NCBI RefSeq assembly: GCF_030028105.1
Contig: NC_092391.1
Coordinates: forward strand, 30,105,223-30,169,222
Reading direction: 5' to 3'
Source: Mobula birostris
Lineage: Eukaryota
Length of the DNA stretch: 64,000 nucleotides
This document shows, one piece after another, positions 11,719-24,473 of the stretch (position 1 is the stretch's first letter; each line of letters opens with the position of its first letter). The notes under the pieces are model-generated. The model was not told where the DNA came from and did no database searches. It saw only the letters and a list, made by a program, of their open reading frames with translations. The position numbers and the translations under genes were made by a program.

Positions 11719-14196
11719 CTGGTGACCATGATGCTCTTGAACGATTCCACAGTTACTCCATGACGTGTCAACCAATGCAATTGCTTTGAAGCTGCCGGAG
11801 TTTTGGAAGCAGCGCGCTACCACGCAGTTTGCACAGAAGGTTCGCACTGTGAGAAATCACTGCAGATAATAACAAATTTTACCACATCATAGCATCACTA
11901 AGTTGTTCCAGTGCAGCCACAGTGCTGAGTTTACTAGAAGACCCACCTGCATGTGACAAATATGTCACTCTGAAAACTCAACTATTACTGATTTTTGGAC
12001 TGAATGAGCCTGAGTGCACCAAGTTGCTCTCCTTGCCCAGCCTGGGTGATATGAGGCCTTCAAAACTAATGGATGACATGTTATCTCTCCTAGGCAGTCA
12101 TTATCCTTGTTTTGTTATTAAAGAACTTTTTATGTGACAAATGCCCGATGAAGTTCGCACAGTCCATGCAATACATCTGCGAAGGACTATAAGGAGCTTG
12201 CTAAAATGGCAAATAGTCTACACTCAGCCAAGCAGAGGTACACTGTTCTTCCTCCTTACTGTCTCAATAAGCCCTGTCAGCAAAGCCTCCAGCAGACTCA
12301 CACCTGAGGCTCCAAACCAGACAGCACCAGGTCTATATTTTTACCACACGCGCTTCGGCACGAATGCCAAGAAGTGCCGACCACCATGCAACTTCAACAG
12401 TGCCAGTGCATCAGGACATCAAAGGTCTGTGAACACCGTGGGTTCCAGCTGATATAGTTGTCTACTGTTTATTACGGACACCCTTTCAGGGCAACGCTTC
12501 CTGTGTGACATGAGTGCTCAAGTGAGTGTGCTGCCAGCAATGCCCATGGTTATAAGGCAGAGACTGATGGACCCTCAGTGGAGGCTGCCAATTGCAGCAG
12601 GATCCAGACTTAAGGGACACTACACATGACATTCTGCATGGGACTTTGTCTTGGCTAAAGTCGCTAGACCTCTGCTCAGTGCAGATTTCCTATGTGCCAA
12701 AGGACCATTAGTAGATCTTAAGAACTGCCGGCTTGTGGGTGCAAAGGACTTTGGTTCGTTACCCTGTACCCCCAGTAAGTTCTCCACGATGACTCTGTCT
12801 AGCTCGTGCACCACTACATGTGAATTCACTCACCTGCTCACGAGTTCATAAGTCTCACATTTTCTACCACAGTCACAAAGAATGGGACTGAGCGCCACAC
12901 TTCCTACACTGGTTTACTGGTCCAAGCCTGTGCGCACGGACTCAACTCAGAAAAGCTGGCAAGCACAAAGGCTCAGTTTGCAACATGGAAATGTTTGCCA
13001 TTGTACACAAGTCGAATAGCCCTTCCCCCCTCCACATGGTCCCTAAGCCCAATGGTGGTCCCCGTCCATGTGGCAATTACCACCACCTTAACGAGGCCAC
13101 CACTCAGACCCATTACCCAATCCCACATATTCAAGACTTTTCAGCATGTTTAGCCGGAGATGTCATTTTTTTCTAAAGTGTACTTAGTCAGGGAATCCTG
13201 GGTGCACTGAGGACATTGCCAAAACTGCTGTTATAAACCTGTTTGGCCTATTTGAGTTTCTGTGCATGCTGATTGGGCTGAAAGATGCAGCACAGACTTT
13301 TCTATGACAAATCAACTCTATTAAAAGAGGTGGATTTTCCTTTCGTTCACCTGGACAACATTCTTGTTACCAACACACCCAAAACCAAACATTTACCACA
13401 TCTCTGCACACTGTTCAAATGTTTAAGCCTACATGGGCTGATTATTAACCCTCCTAAACACCGGTTGGTGTTGTCTTCTATTGACCTTCTCAGCCACCAC
13501 ATCTTTGTAGAAGGAACAACATCCCTGACATCAAATGATACCGCTATTATGGACTTTTGCACTACCAAAGTATGGCAACAGTTTTAAGTATGGTGAATTT
13601 CATTCTGCAAGCTGCTGAACTTATGCTCCCCTTGTATAGTACCCTTAAAGGCAGTACCCCTAATCACATGCTTGAGTGGTCAGCAGACATGACCAGAGCA
13701 CCAAATGATACCAAACAACCTCTTTTAAATGCGACCTTACTGGTGCACCCGCTCCCCAATACACCGATAGCCATCACTACTGATGCCCCAGGCTGTGCTA
13801 TGGGTGCTGTGCTCAAACACAGCAGCAGTGCCACCTGGCCTACAATTCAGAAGTCACAACGGATATACAGCACATAGAAGGGAAAAATAATGCTGTGGCA
13901 CACCATCTATGCCATGCACATCAGGGTTGACTATACCGGCATAGTAGCCAACAAAGCTACCAACCCAGAGGTCCAGGCTTACAGGATGGCAATCATGGGC
14001 CTGCGGTAGGCTGACATCAAGTTCAGGGACAGGTGGGCTGTCTCAATCGGTCGCCCTCACCCCACAGTGCCTGTAAACTGGAGGTGTACTTTTTTAACTC
14101 CATTCACAGCCTCTCGCATCTGGGTAGGAATGCTTCACAGAAACTGATTGCTTTAAAGTTTGTGTGCCATGCCCTTAGGAATTTTGCAGGGAGTTA

Positions 14197-14419
14197 TGTA
14201 ATGCATGACAGATGACAGATATTGTTCATAATAGAAGCTGCTCTAGATAATTCACAAACACCATCATTGAGTTGTTGCATTCACTTTAAGAGATGGTGTC
14301 TGGCGTAATGACATCAGTGCAAGGCGACAGCTTTTGGTTTATTCATAATGGAAGTAAAGGGCTGCGGCTTTTGTTAAGCACATAAAATGCCTCACGTGGT
14401 TTACTCACAAAATCCTCCA
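14197..14419 (+). repeat. 3' LTR of the Gypsy element
   Basis: TG...CA termini, preceded by purine-rich gcagggagtta (PPT-like). Confidence 0.85.
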
Positions 14420-14439
14420 ATAGTGTAGAACACAAATAG

Positions 14440-15028
14440 GATACCTCAGTCGCCAAGACAAAGAATACATGAATAAGGTGGTTATGGTACAACTTTACAA
14501 AGCATTGGTTTGACCACAGATGGAATACTATGTGTGTGGAGCAATGGTTGACACATGATAAGAATGATATACAATCGCATTGCAGAGATTGGAGAGGAGG
14601 TTCACAAAGATGTTGTCTGAGATGGAGGATTTCAGTGATAAGGTGAGACAGGAAGAAGCTGAAGGGAGATCTGGCCAAAGTAAACAAATCATGAGAGGCA
14701 GTGATGGGGCAGGGGAACCTTTTCCTCACGGCAGAGGAATATAAAACTGAGGACTTGGTTTCGGATAAAGGGGACAATGCTTAGAGGGTATCAAAGGAAG
14801 AACATTTTCTATCTGAGAGTAGCTGGAAACTACGACAGACTAACTGAATTTGTGGTGTGCAACCTCACAGTGTTTAAAAAGTCTCAAGACAAGCACTCGA
14901 GTCACCAAGGTTTATAAGCCAATATTCAGTTGCTGAGAAATGGGATTAATATGGATGAGTACTTAATGTTTGCGAGGACAAGGAGAGCAGAAGGGCCTAT
15001 TTCTGTGCAGTACAATTCTCTGATTCTG
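14440..15028 (+). mobile_element. Old CR1 LINE 3' fragment
   Basis: Degraded LYKALVxPxxEY-like DNA and CR1 tail gaagggcctatttctgtgcagtacaattctctgattct. Confidence 0.7.
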
Positions 15029-17739
15029 GAGTAGTGGGGGAGGGGCGGTTGGAAAAAGAGGTGTAAAAATACGACGTATTTGTTATTTGTAGGTAGGTTG
15101 GAAATTCTAGGGAGTAAGGTACATCAAGAGAGGTTATAGTTGATTCAACACAGGTTTTTACAAGCAATGCAATATAATATTAAATCAGGCCATTCTGGCC
15201 CGACTTAAATTGAATTCAAATGCTTGAATGTGTATGGTAACTAGGACAGATCGATAGGATTTCAGTGCATGGATTAAGTCATTGTGATATAATATGATTG
15301 ACTGGTTCCAGAAGGTATGTAGGAAAAGATCATCTAACCTAATATGCAACATAGAAAGGGGGAAAATACAACTCAATAAGCAACTTGGATGACAGCTCTT
15401 CACCTTCAGAAAGAAGTGATGCCGTGCAGACAAATGCTAAAGAAAGCCTGAGAAGTTTTGCAATGACCTAAACCATGTGCCAAACTCCTAACGAGTCAAA
15501 CACCTAGCAGAAGGATATGAAATTTAGGATGGAAGAGGTGTAAAAATTGAAAGTATTTGTTTTATATACAAGGTCATTAGCTGATGTTCCAAGAAAGGTG
15601 GTTGAGTTCAGAACACTTGACTCACTTATTAAAACAGCCAGATGGTGCCATGGGAAGATTAAAAAAAATAGTTTGGGTATGTTGGAAGGTTAACATCAAA
15701 CAAACTGAAGCTTTTCATCCAAACTTCTCATGTGATCTTATTGGGCAAGAAGACCTTCCCTTCTTCATGTGAAGCAAAAATGTAATTATGATTTTTCTTA
15801 CATCAAATAAATGACAAACTTCTAGTACCACCAGTAACCAACTAAGTTCTGCAGTTTGCTGAGAAATTCTGTTCTTGTTGACTAAATGGTTCATTCCATT
15901 ATGTTAATTCAAAGAATTATTCAATCAAAAAAGAAAACTAGGAACTCAGTCAGAGTGAGCGAGGAATTGGCTTCTCTAAGTACCAAAACAGCTCGAAGCC
16001 CTTTCCTGGAAGCCCTGACAAGACCCCTCACAAATTCCTGAAATGCTATCCAAGCTTTTCAACTTAAAATCACGTTTGTGTTAAACATTCAAGCAAACAG
16101 TTAGTCTGTTTAACATCTCCCAAAAGAATTGAAGCTGAGTCTATATGTGTATTTAAGGGCTTGCTTTCATATGCATTTTTGTGAGTTATGAATTCAAATC
16201 CTCAAAACATTTCCATTTGCAGGAAAATATTACATATCTTCCACTCCACATATCAGTGATTGTAAACTAAATATGAAGGTTTTATTACCACTAACTTTAG
16301 CTCAATGTAATCACTGCATTCACAGGCAAATAATTGAAAACCAAAACACTTTGTCTAGTTAGGTAAAATATACAAATTCATCACAAGCAGTATTTGTATA
16401 TAAGGTAAGGCTTTAGGTGCCCAGAGTACAACGATTCTGTTAATCTCTGCAGACCAGATTTCTGTGGTACTTAAAGCCTGGAGTTAAGTGTTTTTCTTGG
16501 TGTTTAAGGATTCAAATTAACTCTAAAATGGTTGGGATCACATTGATGCTCTTTGAGCAAGAGACCAATTGAAAAGCATGGTCATGGGCTGCACAAGTTA
16601 AGAGGCACAATATTTAAGCCTATTTTCTGTTCAAATAGAGTCAGCAACTTAAGAAGGTCCCACCCATTAAAGTACCTGTCACTTATTTCCTTCAGTGCAG
16701 GTTTTAAGGGTAGCTGTGCAAAAGGTTACAATGAATGTGTTGAGAGGGAGGTAGAAGTCAGAGATGTTGAATGTACGTACCAAAATGGGGCAGAAGAATA
16801 AGGCAAGTGTAGAAAAGTAAAGCAACCCCACTATTGCCAAAATTCTCTGACACTGAAAGACTTGCATATTTCAAAGGAGGTTAAAAATGATAAACAGTGG
16901 TGGATTGAAAAATGATTAAGGGAAACTGAAGATAAACTATAATTTGCTTCTGGATTTGGCAACTCTTTAGTTTGCTGTTCACATATTTTATCTTAGCAGC
17001 AATAACATTTTTTCTCCATGCATTTTTTATTTTCATAACCTGTTTAGCTCAATATTATCTACTATGACCATCCCTAAATTGGATTTTGCAATTCAAGAGT
17101 GGATTGCATCCTAATGCTCGGGGGGTGGGTTAGGAGACAGAATTTGCCATGACACCAATTAGTTACTGATATAACTTCCTCATCAGTGTGACCAAATGGC
17201 ATAATTAACTCTTGACCCTAGCCACCCCTCACTCACCCGCCACATCTCCGCTCAGTTATCCAAATCCCCATGCTTGATCCTGACCATGCACTGATACCCC
17301 TGCACTGATACCTTAACCTGATCTTCAAAGTCTCAATTCTGCCCCAGCCCTTGTCACTGCGCACAATTGCGATGCCTGGAGTCCATGATTAGCCGTGTAT
17401 CCAGCAAAGCTGGTAGAGGAGTGGCCTTTTTGCATGCTTGTACAAAGTGGTCCAAGGTGACAAATGAAATGGAATCATGCTACGGGACACACAAGCATTG
17501 CCTACCTGCAGGGCTGGTAGAATCTGTGCAGATAGGCAATGGATCAATTGAGGCATGGTTCCATTTATAAGCCTGAAGGAAGGCAGACCATTGAGGAAAC
17601 GACCACTTCCCAGTTATAGTCAAGGTCAGAGACCAGGCTCCATACCTGCCCATATATACTTCTAATCATTGACAGCCCATCTAACTCACCACCACACAGG
17701 AGGTTTCTACTTTGTACCCTCCAATGCCATTCTTGTCAT

Positions 17740-20723
17740 TGTAATCCTTACAAAAGTCAAAGGCATGCAAGCATATCAAAATCAATAACAGCTGAATTGA
17801 GGCAAATTTGCAGCCATTGGGATGAGTTGCAGTGCAATCAAAGCAAAAAGTACCAAATACTGGTCTTAAGGTGTTATACTTAAATGCACGCAGCATAAGG
17901 AATTGGGTGAATGATCTTGTCATACAGCTCTATCACTGAGATGTGGCTAAAGGATGTATGTCTCTGGGAGCTGAATGTCCAAGGATACACGGTGTGTCGG
18001 AAGGATAGGCAGGTAGGCAGAGCGGGTGGCGTGGCTTTATTGGTAAGAAATGACATTAAATCATTCGAAAGAGGTGACATAGGATCGGAAAGTGCAGAAT
18101 CTTTATGGGTTGAGCTAAGAAATCGCAGGGGTAGAAGGACCGTGATGGCAGTTATATACAGGCCTCCTAACAGCTGCCGTGGTGTGGACTACAAATTACA
18201 ACAGGAAATAGAAAAGGCTTGTCAGAAGGGCAGTGTTATGATAATTGTGGGGGATTTTAATATGCGAGTGGATTGGGAAAATCAGGTCGGCACTGGATCT
18301 CAAGAAAGAGAATTTGTAGAATGTCTATGAGATGGATTTTTAAAACAGCTTGTTGTTGAGCCTACTAGGGAATCGGCTGTACTGGATTGGGTATTGTGTA
18401 ATGAACCAGAGATGATTAGAGAGATTCAGGTGAAGGAACCCTTAGGAGGCAGTGATCATAACATGATTGAGTTCACTGTGAAATTTGAGAATGAGAAGCC
18501 GAAATCCAATGTGTCAGTATTTCAGTGCAGTAAAGGAAATTATAGTGGCATGACAGAGGAACTGGCCAAAGTTGACTGGAAAGGAACACTAGCAGGAAGG
18601 ACGACAGAGCAGCAGTGGCTGGAGTTTATGCGAGAAGTGAGGAAGGTGCAAGACAGATATACTCCAAAAAAGAAGATATTTTCTAATGGGAAAAGTATGC
18701 AACCGTGGCTGACAAGAGAAGTCAACGCCAAAGTTAAAGCAAAGGAGAGGGCATACAAGGAAGCAAAAATTAGTGGGAAGACAGAGGATTGGGAAGTTTT
18801 TAAAAGCTTGCAAAAGGAAGCTAAGAAGGTCATTAAGAGGGAAAAGATGAACTATGAAAGGAAGCTAGCAAATAATATCAAAGAGGATACTAAAAGCTTT
18901 TTCAAGTATATAAAGAGTAAAAGACAGCTGAGAGTAGATATAGGACCGATAGAAAATGCTGGAGAAATTGTAACGAGCAATAAGGAGATGGCGGAGGAAC
19001 TGAATGAGTATTTTGCATCAGTCTTCACTGAGGAAGACTTCAGTAGTATACCAGACACTCAAGGGTGTCAGGGAAGAGAAGTGTGCACAGTCACAATTAC
19101 GACAGAGAAAGTACTCAAGAAGCTGAATAGTCTAAGGGTAGATAAATCTCCCTGACCAGATGCAGTGCACCCTCCTGTTCTGAAGGAAGTAGCTGTGGAG
19201 ATTGTGGAGGCATTAGCAATGATCTTTCAAAAGTCAATAGATTCTGGCATGGTTCCAGAGGACTGGAAGACTGCAAATGTCACTCCGCTATTTAAGAAGG
19301 GGGCAAGGAAGCAAAAAGAAAATTATAGATCTGTGAGCTTGACATTGGTGGTTGGGAAGTTGTTGGAATCGATTGTCAAGGATGAGACTACAGAGTACCT
19401 GGAAGCATATGACAAGATAGGCAGAACTCAGCATGGTTTCCTTTAAAGAAAATCCTGCCTGACAAACCGATTGCAATTTTTTGAGGAAATTACAAGTAGG
19501 CTAGACAAGGGAGATGCAGTGGATGTTGTGTATTTGGATTTTCAGAAGGCCTTTGACAAGGTGCCACACATGAGGCTGCTAAACAAGATAAGAGCCTATG
19601 GAATTACGGGAAAGTTACATACGTGGATAGAGCGTTGGCTGATTGGCAGGAAACAGAGAGTGGGAATAAATGGATCCTATTCTGGTTGGTTGCCGGTTAC
19701 CAATGGTGTTCCACAGGGGTCCGTGTTGGGGCCGCTTCTTTTTACATTGTACATCAACGATTTGGATTATGGAGTAGATGGCTTTGTGGCTAAGTTTGCT
19801 GATGATACAAAGATAGGTGGAGGGGCCAGTAGTGCTGAGGAAACAGAGAGTCTGCAGAAAGACTTGGATAGATTGGAAGAATGGGCAAAGAAGTAGCAAA
19901 TGAAATACAATGTGGAAAGTGTATGGTTATGCACTTTGGTAGAAGAAATAAACAGGCAGACTATTATTTAAATGGGGAGAGAATTCAAAGTTCTGAGATG
20001 CAACGGGACTTGGGAGTCCTCCTGCAGGATACCCTTAAGGTTAACCTCCAGGTTGAGTCGGTGGTGAAGAAGGCAAATGCAATGTTGGCATTCATTTCCA
20101 GAGGAATAGAGTATAGGAGCAGGGATGTGATGTTGAGGCTCTATAAGGTGCTGGTAAGTCTTCACTTAGAGTACTGGGTGCAGTTTTGGGCTCCTTATTT
20201 AAGAAAGGATGTGCTGACTTTGGAGAGGGTTCAGAGTAGACTCATCAGAATGATTCCAGGAATGAGAGGGTTAACATATGAGGAACGTTTGACTGCTCTT
20301 GGACTGTACTCCTTGGAGTTTAGAAGAATGAGGGGAGACCTCATAGAAACACTTTGAATGTTGAAAGTCATGGACAGAGTGGATGTGGCAAAGTTGTTTC
20401 CCATGGTGGGGGAGCCTAGTACGAGAGGGCATGACTTGGGTTGAAGGGCGCCCATTCAGAACAGAAATGCAAAGAAATTTTTTCAGCCAGAGGGTGGTGA
20501 ATCTGTGGAATTTGTTGCCACCGGCGGCAGTGGAGGTTAAGTCACTGGGTGTATTTAAGGCAGAGATTGATACATATGTGAGTAGCCAGGGCATCAAAGG
20601 TTATGGTGAGAAGGCGGAAGAGCGAGACTAAATGGGAGATTGGATCGGCTCATGATAGAATGGTGGAGAAGACTCGATAGGCCGAATGGCCGACTTCTGC
20701 TCCTTTGTCTTATGGTCTTATGG
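17740..20723 (+). mobile_element. CR1 LINE with nearly complete but disabled ORF2 (APE endonuclease plus RT)
   Basis: GLKVLYLNARSI at ~17862, YRPPN, GDFN, SDHN, YLDFQKAFDKVPH, GVPQGSVLGP, FADDTK. ORFs 17911, 18394, 19165 and 19471 share one frame separated by point stops, with a frameshift near 19900. Tail tcttatggtcttatgg. Confidence 0.95.
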
Positions 20724-21002
20724 ACTGACAATTCATTTCATTCTAAACAGAATGTCCCAGCAGCTCAACACCCACTTTTCAATGCACACTGTGTTTACCC
20801 ACCAACCCATAATTTAAATGACTTCTCAGTAAAAATCAGCTGCTATTCCAAACAAAATGCTGACTTCGGCTGAATCAAAGTCTGGCACTTGGAAAAGAGA
20901 TGGGATTTCAGACTTACATACGCATGTAGTCCATACATTCACAACAGTGATACCAGTCAGTCACCCAATGACAAGCATTCAACTGAACACAAATGGATGG
21001 AA

Positions 21003-21135
21003 GGCAAGAAAATCTGCAGATGTTGTAAATCCAAGCAACATGCACAAAATGCTGCAGGAACTCAGTATGCCAGACAACATCTATAGGAAAGAGTAAACAG
21101 TCGACGTTTCGGGCCTTGGCCCTTCATCAGGGCGG
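21003..21135 (-). repeat. Penelope terminal-repeat fragment with an intact hammerhead core (21098..21135)
   Basis: Minus strand reads ccgcc-CTGATGA-a-gggcc[aa]ggccc-GAAA-cgtc-gactg. Confidence 0.75.
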
Positions 21136-21289
21136 ATGGAATGTAAGAAGAGCTGGCTAGACTAGCATTTATTCCCCATCCCTATTTACCTCTGAACTGA
21201 ACTATTTCAGAGGGCAATTAAAAGACAACAACATTGCCGTGCATTTGTGGCCTCCTATCGACAGCCAGGTATTGATGACAGACTTTGTT

Positions 21290-21600
21290 TCCAGAGCTGG
21301 ATTGATATTGCATGCTGTTCATACCAATCAAATCATTACACAGTACACTGGGATAGAACAAGGTTTTAAAAAAAAAAGAACAACTCAGAATAAATTGTAA
21401 CAGCTGTAGAGAAAGTGCAGTGCAGATAACAATAAAGTGGAAGATCTTATGAGGCATATTGTGAAGCCAAGTATTTGTAGAAGAGGTCCACATAAGAATC
21501 CGATTACAGTAGGGTAGAAGCTGTCCTTGAGCCCGGTTGTACGTCTTCCAGGCTTTTGTATGGAAAGGGGAGAAGAGAGAACATCCAGCATAGGTGGGGT
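21290..21600 (-). mobile_element. Rex1/Babar-like LINE 3' tail
   Basis: Minus ORF fragment RTTGLKDSFYPTVI followed by an AT-rich UTR. Confidence 0.65.
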
Positions 21601-21909
21601 CAAGGTGGGGTGTTAGAGGGGAATACAATCTTCTAAATCTGTGGCCTGTATCCCTCATGTCTGTTCCCCAACTGAGTATCGTGCCATGCATGGGTCGCAC
21701 GTCATTGAAAGTTGCAGGATGATCAGTGAGGCAGGGAAAGCAGCACGAGGTACTGGGGAACATATTATGGTCAAGACTGAAAGCAATGATGCAACAAGAG
21801 AGTGTAGCTGTACAAATACTTCAACCAGAAGAATACAAGTTTAACAGATGTTGCCATTAAAATATCAAAGTCAGATCAGAGTCTCTTTCATTCACATCTC
21901 ATGGATTTT

Positions 21910-22345
21910 AGTCATAGTCATACTTCCCGAGGGAAATTGGTTTTTGTTACAGTTGCACCATAAATAATTAAATAGTAATAAAACGATAAATAATTAAATA
22001 GTAATAAAACCATAAATAATTAAATAGTAATATTAAATTATGCCAGGAAATAAGTCCAGGACCAGCCTATTGGCTCAGGGTGTCTGACCCTCCAAGGGAG
22101 GAGTTGTAAAGTTTGATGGCCACAGGCAGGAATGACTTCCTATGACGCTCAGTGTTGCATCTCGGTGGAATGAGACTCTGGTTGAATGTACTCCTGTGCC
22201 CAACCAGTCCATTATGTAGTGGATGGGAGACATTGTCCAAGATGGCATGCAACTTGGACAGCATCCTTTTTTCAGACACCACCGTCAGAGAGTCGAGTTC
22301 CATCCCCACAACGTCACTGGCCTTACAAATGAGTTTGTTGATTCT
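21910..22345 (-). mobile_element. Second copy of the Rex1/Babar family seen at 2314..3260
   Basis: Near-identical peptide (RINKLI.KASDVVGMEL.SLTVVSEKRMLSKLHAILDNVSHPL...GGSDTLSQ) and UTR. Confidence 0.9.
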
Positions 22346-22645
22346 TTTTGTTGATTTTAGAATCCTGTACTTCTTGATTGCTTGAGACTTCAATTCTTTT
22401 GAGGTAGGAAGTCCAAGGTCAATCAGCAGTTGGGGAGGAGTACCAAAGGTGCATTGTCAATGATGTGTATTCACTGTATCATCTGATCATTGGATGTTGT
22501 ATTAAGGTCATTCAGCTCACATAAGGCACAATGGGAAGTGCCCAGCTCCATTGCATGTAAGCGTTGATTTCACTCAGAAATTCAATTCACTCCTGGCAAA
22601 ATTAATTTCAGATTACACAAGCAGCATCCAAGAGGACCACAAACT

Positions 22646-23020
22646 TGTCATAGGGTTTGGAGGCTTGTGTGCCTCAATAACCATGCTGGCTGGAGTGAGG
22701 GCTCTATGCTTTGGCTCTTGGTAGGGTCACCCGTGCCAAACAAGTCAAAAGGTAGAGACCAGACTAAGAGTGGTCTACTGGTCCTCGAAGTTCGGGCATT
22801 CAGCTCAGGGCTAACAACCCTGACTGGTAAAGCAAATTTTTTACGGAAACAGCAATAAAGAAGCCTTCTATATTTGAATGCAACAGTCTTCCTGAGTCTC
22901 CTCCAGGACTTGCATGACTGACAGCATTGAAAAGCAAGCGACTGATACAATGAATGAAGCCCTGAACACCTCCAGGGAACCGTCACAGCTGCTCCAAACG
23001 CCAGCAGCAAAACGGGCAGT
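22646..23020 (+). mobile_element. Possible RTE-derived non-autonomous retroelement
   Basis: Motifs ggtagggtcaccc...ccagactaagagtggtc...cagggctaacaaccctgactggtaaa resemble RTE 5' UTRs; no ORF. Confidence 0.5.
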
Positions 23021-24473
23021 AGAGAGAGAAAACCATGTATGGTGGAGTCCAATTCCTAGGGACTTTCTTGTGAGTTGCTCTCCGATATGTTACTAAAATA
23101 GAACAATCCAAACAATATTTGTTTGGAAACTAAATTCAATCCAGAATTTGAGAAAGAGTTGGAGAGTGATTCGAGGTTTCATCAAAAGCTTTGTTCGAAT
23201 CCTTTGATAATCCTTTTGGCAATTTCCTATCTCAGAAAGTTGAGCACACAAAAAAAACACACTCACACAGATGAACTCTGGCACTGCCTGACAGCTAAGA
23301 TGAAGGGATGGATTAGACAGATGAACGATTGTGTGAGTCAGTGGCCAGATAAACAATGTAGAGGTTTAACAGAAGTAGCAAGAATTTATTTGGGGTCAGA
23401 ACATGAGATCTTCATCTTTTAAACTTGAGGTCTAAGGTTATCTACACAGGCATGAGAACAAGAAAAATTGATGGACTAATAAACAGACAGATCTTTAAAT
23501 ATCTAATAACAGAGCCAGAAAACTTTCCAATACAGAAAAGCACAATATTATTGATATTTTAACACATGCATGAATATGTAAGCTTCCTGCTACGCAGTGA
23601 AATAACTCCAGCCAGATGAACTCCACAGTTTACATTTGTAAGTTGAGTACCATTGTTTATAAATACGATTGAGTATAGTTTCAGTGTTCAGTTCAGATGT
23701 GACCTGACGCAGATACACTAAATTGAACAACACCTCTGATGCAGACTTGGGTCCAGACCATACTTGCCGTTTGCAGCCAGGAGATCAGAATGGAGAGATG
23801 ATGGGAGTCACATCCCTGGTGGCAATGGTACACACTGAGGGATAATGAATGCATTGAAACAGACCTCCTTCAGGTCATGGTAGAGGCAGGGAGTGATAGA
23901 GGCTGATAAATTTGTCTTGCTTTTAGAAAGACACATGAAGGAAATGGAGAGATATCCCCATTGAATTGGACATGCTCAGCACAGACATCAGGGATGAAGG
24001 GCTTGTTCCTCTACATTCTACAAAGCCAGCAGCCAAGTCACCTTCCAGTGCTTAATGCTCAATATTTTGGGAGAAGTAGACATTAGAAATGGTGGTTATT
24101 TGTTGGGAACTCCATTAGGAATGGGGCTGAGGAAAGACAGAAGACAGGCTCACCTTTTGATTCATGATTTCTCCTTCAAAGATTTTATTACTTTTCACAT
24201 TTCCTCCAAGTTTCTGTTCCCATGTTGACATAACAAACAGGCCACTATGAGTTACCTGTCTTTCTGCCAGATAAAGTTGCAGTCAAAACCCTAATGTAGT
24301 TATTAGAGCTCAATCTCTGTTTCTTGAAGGAGTGACCCAATTAAACTGTGAGGGTGTCTCCTTCAATGGCTCAAAGAACAATTACAAGAACATCTGCACA
24401 CAAGTAATCCAAATCAACTTAACTGCCCACTTGCACCCTTTTGGGGAGACAGCTTTTAGGAACAGTAAAAGTA

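Larger units (their letters stand above)
11508..14419 (+). mobile_element. Decayed Ty3/Gypsy LTR retrotransposon with both LTRs
   Basis: Gag-like NAIALKLPEFW (~11773), protease-like RFLCDMSAQVSVLP (~12496), RT SPLHMVPKPNGG..YPIPHIQDF and VHLDNILV, RNase H TTDAPGCAMGAVL, integrase Zn-finger start HSLSHLG. 4-bp TSD ATAG at 11504-11507 and 14420-14423. Confidence 0.9.

Noticed and set aside
21960-22032. Short direct repeats superficially like a CRISPR array
   Set aside because: Tandem units without spacers inside a LINE UTR in vertebrate DNA; no cas genes.
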